Program-made: the position numbers and the translations under genes
Shown: positions 37,877 through 48,100 of the stretch, one piece after another
How the letters are laid out: each line of letters starts with the position of its first letter
Position numbering within the stretch: position 1 is the stretch's first letter
Assembly (NCBI GenBank): GCA_021325135.1
Contig: JAJPHT010000030.1
Span: 32,001-96,000, forward strand
Source: Pseudomonadota bacterium
GTDB lineage: Archaea > Thermoplasmatota > SW-10-69-26 > JACQPN01 > JAJPHT01
Direction of reading: 5' to 3'
Length of the DNA: 64,000 bases
The notes under the pieces: generated by a model
Told to the model about the DNA's origin: nothing
Databases searched by the model: none
What the model saw: the letters and a program-made list of their open reading frames with translations, nothing else

Positions 37877-38560
37877 TCAGCGCGATGGATTGGCATCTTC
37901 GGTCGTCCATTCGAAGGACGCGTTGGCCTGAATCCCGCCGTGGTCGTCGCCGTACCAGCGTGCGGTGGCCAGGAAGCTGAGGTTGCCGGCGGGAAGCCAA
38001 GTCCAGGGTGCGTCGGAGCCGCCCTGCTGGACCCAGCCGGGAAAGGTGTACGTGGCCTCGTAGGTCTGGTTGGGCGCGAGCTCTCTGGCACCTGTCTCGG
38101 GCTGCGAAGCGTTGTAGTCAAAGCTGCAGGGATCCATGCATGGACGCCCCATTCCCATGGTTCCAGGTTGGGGTTGGCAAGCCGAGTTGTAGGGCACGTA
38201 GATCGTGCCGTTGGCATCGCGGATGCTCATGCCAAACGGCTGCTGGCACGGAGGCCACCAGATCGTGAGGTTCTCCCCGCCGAGATTCGTGGCCTCGGCC
38301 TGGACGGTCACATGCCCGGCCTGCTGATCGGACGCGTGAACCTGATCCACGATCTGAAGATCAAACCGAAGCGATGAGGCGGAAGGCGAATTGTTGGTGG
38401 TCGATGCGTTGAGGGAGTTCGCTCGCGTTGTGGCCGTGAGGATTGGAGTTGCAGATGGCGCGGCGCTCACTGTCGTGTTGGTCAGCGTGTGCGTCGGGCT
38501 CTCGGATGGCGAGAGGCAGCCAATCAGGAAGATCGCAAGGACAAGAGGGAACGAGCGCAT
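37877..38560 (-). CDS. lipoprotein with Ig-like domain
   Basis: LAIFLIGC lipobox, Thr/Ser linker, ATNLG..LAPNQTY. Confidence 0.72.
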   Translation of the reverse strand: MRSFPLVLAIFLIGCLSPSESPTHTLTNTTVSAAPSATPILTATTRANSLNASTTNNSPSASSLRFDLQIVDQVHASDQQAGHVTVQAEATNLGGENLTIWWPPCQQPFGMSIRDANGTIYVPYNSACQPQPGTMGMGRPCMDPCSFDYNASQPETGARELAPNQTYEATYTFPGWVQQGGSDAPWTWLPAGNLSFLATARWYGDDHGGIQANASFEWTTEDANPSR

Positions 38561-38754
38561 CGTTGCAGGGACCGCAAATAGGTGCATAGCAGTTTCCAAG
38601 ATTGGCTGCCGCCGTCAAGGAGCAGGCCAGGAGCGACCTGTTTCCAAGACGGCGAAGGATCATCGACGCCACGGGCAGGAAGATAAGGGGTGCTCGGGCA
38701 ACCATCACGAGCAAAACCCCCCCGGGTTCTTTCGCCCGCGAGCTATCTCGAACT

Positions 38755-39186
38755 TCACTGGGGGAATATCTCGTTGAGCGTACAGACGATCTCTTGGTTT
38801 GCCGATTCTTCGCCAAGCCCCTCCTGCGTCACGCACCCTCCTGCAACATGTCCTCGTTGGATGCTGTCGCTTGTATGGAACCATCCTTGGTCGTCGGTGT
38901 AGTCGTACTCGTGGTGGACATGCCATCCGTCTGCCTGAAGGCTTGATTCAAGCTGTTGGAAGAGTTGCGACGCGTTCAACGACCGCGGGTAGGCGTACGC
39001 GACCTGGGCCGTTGCGCTGTTGTTGCTCCCCGCAGCCGCGAACATGATGAAACGATGGCCTCCCGAGGGGAAGGTGATTTTCTCGGCCTCAGCCCGAATC
39101 GCAGCGGCCCGATCGCTGATGCACCCGCTGGTCACGAGCACAGCAAGCAGGACACCGCATGCGGATCTGAGGCCGGGATTCAACAT
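38755..39186 (-). CDS. lipoprotein, candidate immunity protein
   Basis: VLVTSGC lipobox; starts 3 nt after the giant gene's stop. Confidence 0.7.
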   Translation of the reverse strand: MLNPGLRSACGVLLAVLVTSGCISDRAAAIRAEAEKITFPSGGHRFIMFAAAGSNNSATAQVAYAYPRSLNASQLFQQLESSLQADGWHVHHEYDYTDDQGWFHTSDSIQRGHVAGGCVTQEGLGEESANQEIVCTLNEIFPQ

Positions 39187-39189
39187 GGC

Positions 39190-42100
39190 TTAGCACCCGA
39201 ACGTGATGGCCAAGGGTTCCAGTTCGATATATACCTCCACGACGCTGTTCTGAACCGCTACCATGGGAAGGTAGGCAGACCGCGTTGCCGGGTGCCCCGC
39301 ATTCCAGGCCTTGATTGTGTCCTCCGCGCTCTTGAGTTCCTTGGGAACGTTGAGCACTTGGTCCGTGTCGAGTGGACTTCCGACCACCAAGGCGCCGAGG
39401 TCGTTCCAGGCTCCATTGGAACTGGAGATTGTGACCGTGTTAAGGTTGTTAGATGCGACAGGCGCCATCGACCCGACCGTGTTGCACCTCTTCGACAGGT
39501 TGGACGGATCTTCCCAGTACCAAGGCGGTGCGTATGCACATGGCCTGGCGTTGCCTTGGGCGGCGTTCATCGCAAGCATGGCGATGGTGAGCTCGTACTG
39601 CTGTTGGAGCTTGTTGTTCGCCCAGTCGCAGACCTTGCCCGGGATGATCGTGTAGTCGCAGACGGAACGCACCACGGCGTCGTTCAACGCCTGGGGAAGC
39701 TCGGGCATGGGGAACCTGGTGACCTCTGCATTACCGCTCTTGCCGTCCAAGATATGGACGAATGATTGAGGCTCGATCTTCCCGTGGTCCACGATCTTGA
39801 GCATCAACGCCCACATGGTCGCCGCGCCGAGAAGCTGGATGATCTGGTCCACGCTGGCCGGGTCGTTGGTCGGGGTGCGGTCCTCGTAGGTGATGCGGGC
39901 GGGGTCGCAGCTAGTGGGGTCGAGCTGCAGATGCCAGCGGTCGATGAACTTCCCGGCGTAGTCCACGTACATCAGGACGCCGGTGAAGGCGTCGAGTTGG
40001 AAGACGTACTTGGTGCCTTGGAGCTCTGTGCGCAGCTTGGACTGCACGTCCGAGATGGCGTTGTAGCCTCCGGTCGTGAAGGCCGAACTGTAGGCCGCCA
40101 CAATGCCGTTCGCGTCGCTGGTCGCGTACGCACCGGCGGCGGGGCCGGCGAGCAGGCGCAGGGCGCTGGAGCACCCCAAGCTTCCCGCGGCGATGTTGAA
40201 GTCGCTGAAGGGGAAGTCCTGGACGATGCCGCGGGTGTAACGTGGATCATACGGGTTGTACACGTCGCGGACGACTTGCGTGGTGCCTTGTTGGGGCGTA
40301 TGCTGGTAGGTCTGAGCCACGATGGTCCCGATGCCCACGGTCACGATGCCCCCGGCGACGAGCGCGAGCGCGCACCAGCCCTCGGTGATGGCGACGCAGA
40401 CGGCGTCCGCCGTGGGCGAGATGGTCGCGACGGAGCCAGCGAAGGTGGTGGCGATGACAATCCCAGTTTCGCTCCACTCGCGCAGGCTGGTCTGGATCGT
40501 CTGCGGGTGCTGCTGCGCGTTGTAGGTGAGGATGACCTCGGCGTTGTTGCGCAGCGAGTCGTTCACCTCCAGGCGGACGCTGGAGACTGCGCCCAGGTCA
40601 CTGGGGAAGTCCCACTGCCACGTGTTCCCATCCTGGTTGGAGGGAACGAGCTCGCGGCTGTTGCCGGAGCTTCCAGTGAAGACGAGGCGCGCATCTGAGA
40701 TCCCGTACCGGCTGGTCAGGTGAGCCTGCAGCGAGGTAGGCCAGCCGGAGGTCGTCTTGGGTCCGAGCACGTCGATGGAGGGGGGCGCGTCCGAGGTGAA
40801 GGGCCGCGTGTCGAAGGCGTTGAGGAACCCGTCGTTGTCCGGGTCTCTTGAGAGTGGGTCCACGCCGGCCACGTTGAGCGCGGCTCCATCGGTGAGTCCG
40901 TCGCCGTCGCTGTCGCCGAGCATGTACTGCGTGTGGCCCGATGCGAGCAGGAAGTACCCGTACTGGTTGACGCTGCCGCTGCCGAGGGTCGTCACGGTCA
41001 GCGTGAAGGTCTGGGGCGTGTCGAGCTTCTTCGCGTTGAAGCCGGCCTGCACGAGGTTCGTCAAGAGCACGAGCGAGCTTCCGTCGGAGAGGCCCGCGGT
41101 GCCAGTGCCGAAGCCGCTGCATGTGCCGTTCATGAGCGTCGTGCTCCAGTCCGTCGTGTTGAGCACGACGCGCACGTTGCAGGTGCCGCTGAGCTTGACG
41201 GCCGCGTACACGCTCTCGGGGAACGAAGCTTGCAGGCCCCACTGGTGGCTGATGAGCTGGCTGTTGCCGGGCACGATGCCAGTCCCGTCGGGGCTGCGCC
41301 AGATCGTCATGACGGTGGTGTTGCGCTCGACGGAATCGGGGATGCCGTCGTTGTCGCGGTCCGTGCCGACCGTGAGCTGGTTGATGAACCAGCCGCGGTA
41401 GTTGTTGGCCTGGCCATCGCCGGTGGCGAACTCGAAGCGGACGCGGACGGTCTGGTTTTGCCACTGGCGCAGGCTGATGGAGACGGGCCACCACTGGTGG
41501 TTGCCGTGGTAGGGCGCGCTGAGCGTGTCCACCTGGGTTTCGTGCCCGTCTGGGCCGATGACGTAGACCTTCTTCGTGTCGTTCTGGGTGCCGTTGTCCT
41601 GCGTTTCGAAGTACGTCCAGAATGTCAGCGCTGGGTTCTGCGCAAGTTCGAGGTGCATGGGCGGCGTGATGACGCTGCCGTGCGCCTCGTTCGTGCCGTT
41701 GGCGTACGTTCCGGTGGCGTTGTCGCCGAACCAGAGGCTGACGCTGGGCTCGGTGTTGATGCCGGTGGGCCAGTCGGGCGCATCGCGCAGGCCCGGCGCG
41801 TTGGGCGTGTTCACGGTGTGCCAGAAGGGCCCCTGCGAGGTCGCGGACTTGCCGGTCTCCACGCGCGTCCATTCCGGGGAAGGCAGTCCGTTGGCGGTGC
41901 TGTCGTATTTGATGGTGGCGCTCATGGCGACGATGCGGTACACGGGTCCGACGCTGGCCTGCGTTGTGCTCTGTTCAGGGCCCGTGCCGTCCGTGTACAC
42001 GTACTTGTAGCTGTGCGTTCCGGGGTCAAGTGTCGTGTTGTATGCGTACACCACGCCGCACGTGTAGACGCAGGGCGAAATCGGCGTCATGACGTGCCGG

Positions 42101-45100
42101 ATCCCATCGATGACGACAGCGGGGTAGCCTGCGGGGGGCGCGTCGTTGTCCACGTCCGTGTAGCGGCCCTGGAAGCTCACTGGTGTGTCCTCGTAGCTCG
42201 CGGAGGGGAAGGTCTCCAGGCTAGTCCACGTGGGCGGGCTGTTCGTGGTCACGTTGCCCAGGCTGTTGGTCGAGGTGCCGCGTTCGTTCTTGATGATGAG
42301 GCGGTACTGGTACTGGGTGGCCTGGACCATGTTCGTCGCGGTCTGCGAGACTTGGATGGGTGTGGTGCCGGTGTAGTGGACGGGTGTGGTGTTCTGTGTG
42401 GCTCCTCCGGGGGTTCCGTACTGGAACCAAGCGAGAACGCCGGCGCTATCGCCGCCGGTGTCGGTGATGTTGCCGTTGAGAACGGCGCTCGTTCTGCCCA
42501 CGTTGTTGGCTGCACTCGTCGTGCCGGCGGCGAAGTCCACGACGTCGTGGGCCTGCTGCGTGGTGGGCGCGACGACGCCATACTCGTCCGTGGCGGTGGC
42601 CGTCACGAGGTACGTGCCGCGCGAGGAGTACGTGTGGGTCAGGCTGAAGGTCGTGCCGCTGCTGACGTTGCCGCTGGCCGGGAAGGTGCTGGTGTTGGTG
42701 CCGTCCTTCCAGTCGATCGAGTATGTGAGGTTCGCACCTTGCGGGTGCACGGCGCTCCCGTTGGCCCACACAAGCTCGCTGCGGGCGGTCACGCTGGGCG
42801 AAACGCTCAGGGTGGGCGCGCCCGCGCCGTTGTCGGCCGTCGAGACAGTGCGGTCGCCGCCGTCCGAGGTGCCCATGCTGTTCTGCATCATGAGTTTGTA
42901 ATGGAACAGCGTGTTCGTGGCCAAGCCGGGGACTTGGACGCTGAAGGAGCCCGTGGCCGAGCGGGTCACGTGCGAGGTGGAGCTGCCGTAGCTCGTCGTT
43001 TGGCCGTAGACGAACCACGTGTCCACGCTACTGAGCCCATTCATGCTTGAGACCGTGCCGTTGAGCGTCAGGCTGGTCAGGCCGCCCCAGGATGGATCAG
43101 TGCTGCCCACGGCGACGTCGCGGATGTTCACGTTCCCCGTGTTGCTGTTGGATAGGCCGAACTGGTCCGTGACGGTCACGGTCGCGGTGTACGTGCCCAC
43201 GGCCCCGTAGTTGTGCTGGGCGGAGTACGATGTCCCACTCGCGAAGGGCCCCAGGGGGGGCGAGGTCGTGCTGTCGCCCCACGCGATGGTGTACGTGAGC
43301 GTGGATCCGCCCGTGGCGCTTCCGTTGAGCCAGGTAGGCTGGTTGGGGAACTGCGGATTGGGTCCCTGCGCGATCGTGGGCGCGCTGGGCTTCGAGCGCA
43401 GCGTCGCCGTCAGCGTGTACTGGCCCGAGCCCTGCACCGCGTTGACCATGATGTACCACGTGCCCGCGCCGGCGGGCGTCTTCGCGATGGACTCCGAGCT
43501 CGTGCTGCCCGTGCTGCTGGCGTCGAAGCTGGTCGTGGTGGGCTCGCTGCCGAGCTTCGCGTAGAGGTCATAGTTGGTGCCGCTGGGTCCCGTGAGCACG
43601 ACGCTGAGTTGGTCCGCGCCGCTGGGCAGGCTGATCTGGTAGTAGTCCGACTCGCCCGCGCCCGCGATGCTCTGCGTGAGCGCGACACCGTTGGTGAGAG
43701 CGGCGTCGGTGATGGTCACGGCCTGGGGGGCGCTTGTGGTGGAGGCGCCGTTCGTGTCGGTCACCGTGAGCTGGATCTGGTAGGTGCCGCTCTTGGTGTA
43801 GCGGTGGCTCGCGGTGGCGGTGCTGACGCCGGCTGTGTTGTCGCCCCAGTTCCACGAGTAGGTGATGGGATCGCCGTCAGGATCGCTACTCGTGCTTCCA
43901 TCCACGTTGACCACGTCGATCGTGGTTGCGCTGGTCTTGTCTTTGGTGAAGTTGGCGAAGGGCGGGCTGTTGGAGCCGGTGTAGTGGTAGGTGCGGCCGC
44001 TGAAGTCGTCGGTCCAGCCTTCGTTGTTCCCCTGGAACCCAATCCCAGCGAACCCGTTATCACTGGCGAAGATGCCAGCAGTCCACTTGGTCCAGGTACC
44101 GCTGACGTAGCGGTACATGGCCGCATTTCCGGAGGCGTTGGAGCCCACGGCCCACGCCTCCCTCGTGCTGTCGCCGTAGATGCCTACGCCAATGAAGTCG
44201 GTGCCCGCAGGCAGGTTGGCGTTCGTCCAGGACGTGCAGGGGAGCTGGCAGTACGCTGCCTTGATGCCGTTGATGGCCCAGAGGACCGTGCGGTTCGAGT
44301 TCAGCACGACCGAGTCAGCGTACGGGGCGGGGACGAAGGGGATGTTCGTCGCGGTCGTGAGGGAGTTGTGGGCGAGGTCGTACTTCAGGAGCGTGCTGGT
44401 TTGCTTGTCGTAGACGAAGCAGTCGCTGTCGTCGAAGCAACGGGTGTGGTTGAACCCGTGGCCATTGTTGACGACGCGCGTCCAGCTTGAGCCATCGTAG
44501 TGGTAAATGCCGAGCTCGCCGGCGGCCCAGACGTCGGTGCTCGTGAGCGAGTCCACATCGTAGAAGGTTCCACAGCCCGTGGTGGGGTTGGAGCCCGAGA
44601 ACTGCCAATCGCCGGTGAAGGAGCTTGCTCCTTCGTTGGCCGGGTTGAAGGCGAGACGCAGGATCCAGCCGACGCTGGGGGTCTGCCCGCAGTCGTTGCC
44701 GCCCACGTACCAGGCCTCAGAGGGGCCCGTAGACGCGACCGCGCGGTCGTGCGCGCGGTTCTGGTCAACGTCGTTGGGGAAGAGGCACCCTGGCGATCCG
44801 CCGTTGCAGTTCACGGTGGGTCCCCAGATCATGCCGTCCCAGACGACGGCGCGGTTGAAGCCGCCCGAGAGGAACGCGTTGTTGGGGTTGTTGGGGGCGA
44901 TGGTCGCGTAGGTCAGCGGGGCGGGAGTGATGGAGGAGCTTCCGAACCATGCCCACGCCTTGGAGAAGTGGGCGAAGGTGAGGACGTAGTCGTTGATGCC
45001 GTCGCCGTCGACGTCGCGCCAGGCGATGGTGGTGCTCGCGGCGTGGCTGGGGTCAATGCTGGGCGGGGCATACGTCGAGGCGTACCCCAGCGCGCGCAGG

Positions 45101-48100
45101 GTCGCGCCGTAGACGACGATCGTGCTGCCCGTCGTGCTGTGGTCGCTGGGCTCGAAGACGAGGCGGGTGGCCGGCTTGTTGCCCACATGCGAATTCGCCG
45201 GGGTCTCCTCGAAGCTCCAGTCGAACGCCCGCGGGCTGGGCGCTCCGATGTCTGCCGCGGCGAGGGTGCCCTGCGGGATCGAGAACGTGACGCCCGTGGA
45301 GCTGAGCGTGGTCTGGGGCGCGCCGTACCAGGCTGGGCTCGCGCTGGAGGGAGCCGGATTGGTGAGGCCCGTTGCGGCGGCCTGCGCTTGGACGAAGGCG
45401 ACCACCTGGGGGGCAAGGCTCGCAGCCTGGTATTCCGTGCGCAGTTGCGTGAGGAGGCCGCGCATGGCGAAGCTCGCGTTGGCGCCGAAGAGGCGCATGC
45501 CTTGCGTGGTGGGGAACTGGGCGCAGGATCCGTCGCGGAGGAACGCGTTGTACGAGAGGCACTGCGTCTGCGCGCCAGAGTCGCTGTACCAGGGCGTGTG
45601 GCCGTTGGGCACGGCGGGCGCGTTCTGCATGTTGATGAAGTGCCAACTCACGTGCAGCGCGTCCATGTTGGGGAGGCTGCTCTGGGGGAGGCTGGCGTCG
45701 ATGCTCATGCCGGCGAGCGTGAGGGTCACGCCGGTGACGTCTGTGTCGCGGATGAGCGTCCACGTTCCTTCGGCGCCGGTGCCAGCGAGGAAGTCGAGCG
45801 GCACGCCGGCCTGAAGCCCGGGTGTTGCGGGGGTCTTGACGAGGTTGAACGTCATGCCCGCGTTGAGGTGCTGGCGCAGCACGCTGTCCAGGAACATGCC
45901 TGGCTGGGCCTGCACGGTGGGCGAGAGGCCGGTCGTGGCGTAGTAGCTGCTCAGTTCCGAGAAGAACTGGGCGTAGGAGATTTGGGATCTCGTCGTAGAG
46001 GTGGCGCCGTTGCCGATCTCGACGAGCGAGGTGCTCTTCCAGTCGGGCGGGACGAGGATCGCGATCTGCATGCCCGTCTTGGCGACGCTGAAGGCGAGCG
46101 CGTTCTGCGCAGGGTCGGTGCCGACGAGGACCGCCGTGGCCGCGGGGTCGTTGGTGAGGTCCGCGAAGTCGGGCACGCCGTCGTTGTTGCTGTCGGTGAT
46201 CTGCTCGCCGTCGTTGACCAGTTGCGTCGTCTCCCGGAGGCTGGAGTGCTCCCAGTCCACGCCCGTGAGCGGGCCTTGGACGTACGAGGCCAGCGCAGTG
46301 GAGAGCGGGTCGAGGGCGGCGGTGCGGGTGGGCTCGAGGATGTTGGGGACGCCGTCTGCGTCGTCGTCCGTGTAGGGCGTGCTGCTCGCGTTGAAGGGGT
46401 CCGAGTGGCCGCGGATCTCGGCCTTGTCCGAGAAGCCATCGCTGTCCGAGTCGATTTCGTAGCGCAGGCGCGTGTCGTTGGTTGTCTCCTCGGGGTTCGA
46501 CGTGCTCGTGAGGCCCGTGTCGTAGCGGGCCGTGGCTTGGTTGTGCCAGTTCCAGTGCAGGATGGGTTGGTTCTGGGCGCTGACCTTGCCGTTGCCGGTG
46601 CCCTCGATGGCTTCGCTGGCGGGGCTGACGTCGTCGAACGTCTTGCCCCCCACCACAAGCTGCGTGCCGCCCACGCCCAGAAGGGTGGGGGCCCCGTGGA
46701 TCGTCCACGTGCCGCTGGTGGGCTGGCCGACCCAGACGCCGTTGGTCACAACGAAGCTCGTATTCGAGACGGGCGTCGGGTTGCCGCCCACGACAAGGGC
46801 CTGGCGCGCGGTGAGCGTGCCGTCGGCGGCGAGGCGCGCGACGACGTCGCCGTTGTTGCCCGTATACTTCACGCTGACCGTCTGGCCGTTGGGCGTCGTG
46901 AAGTTGGCCGTTTTGCCGCTGGATTCGAAGTAGGCGTAGAATGCATCAGCGCTTGTCGTGTAGGCGTTGTAGGGCTGCAGGGGAGACGTGCCCGTGGCGA
47001 GGCTCGTGACGAGGAAGTCGCTCACGTACCATCCTTCGCTCTGGAGGGCGTCGTCGCTGGTGAAGACGAACCGGAGCTGGACCTTGCGGTAGGCATAGGG
47101 GCTGAGGTCGAACGTGGTCAGCCTCCAGCCCAAGGAGTTGCCGCTCCAGCCCAAGCTGCCGTCGGGGAGCCGGTCGTAGAGGAGCCCAGTGGCGGGTCGG
47201 AGGACTTGCCAGGTGGCGCCGCCATCCGGGCTGATCTCGACGTGGGCGCTGTCGTTGCCGTACTCCGTGTGGAACCACTGCTCGAAGCTGAAGCTGCCCT
47301 GTCCCACGCCGCTCAGATCCAGCGTCGGGAGCTGGAGGAGGCTGTGCGAGGAGGCAGGGTAGGGCGCGAAGGGCGCGACGCTCCAGGCGTGAAGCGTCGA
47401 GTCACCGCGCTGGGGACCCGTCGTGGGCACGGCGAGCGTCCACGTGCCCGTCTTGGTCCAGACGTTCTCCATCGAGTCGCTGAACACCTGGGATCCATCG
47501 GCGGTGACCTGGAGGTCGTCGAGGAACCAGCCGCGCGCCTGCTGGAGCGCGTCGCTGCGGAACTCGAACTGGACGTCGATGGGGCCTCCGGCGTAGGGCG
47601 AGAGGTCGAAGGTCGCGGCCTTCCAACCGCCGCTGGATCCAGCGTAGCCCTGGCTACCGTCCATGAGTTGGGCGTAGGCGGGGCCCGAGGAGGGCGTCAG
47701 GAGCGTACGCTGGCCGTTGGCCTGGACCCAGACTTGGCCCGCGTCGTAGCTGTCCGCCGTTTCGAAAAGCGTGTTGAACGAGAGCGTGGCGCTCGCCTTG
47801 CCGGTGAGGTCCACCGCGAAGTGGAACGTCCCATCAGCAAGCGGCGGGTAGTTCCCCGCCAGCGTCGTGCCCCATGCCATGGAGCCTGAGTGGCCCGTGG
47901 TGGGCAGGTCGGCCTCGGGGCCTTCGGCCCAGATGGCGGAGGTGCCATTGTTGGTCACGTTGTAGGCGGTCTGGCCGGCGCCGGCATCGTACGTGGCGTC
48001 GTCCAAGTTGGGGGCGAAGATGATGCCCGCCAGCAGGGTGTAGCTGACCTGCCAGGAGGAGTTGGCGTCGGCGCGGGCGGCGACCTTGAGGTAGTGCGGG

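Noticed and set aside
44500-47889. 1129-aa plus-strand ORF
   Set aside because: Antisense shadow frame of the 3627-aa gene.
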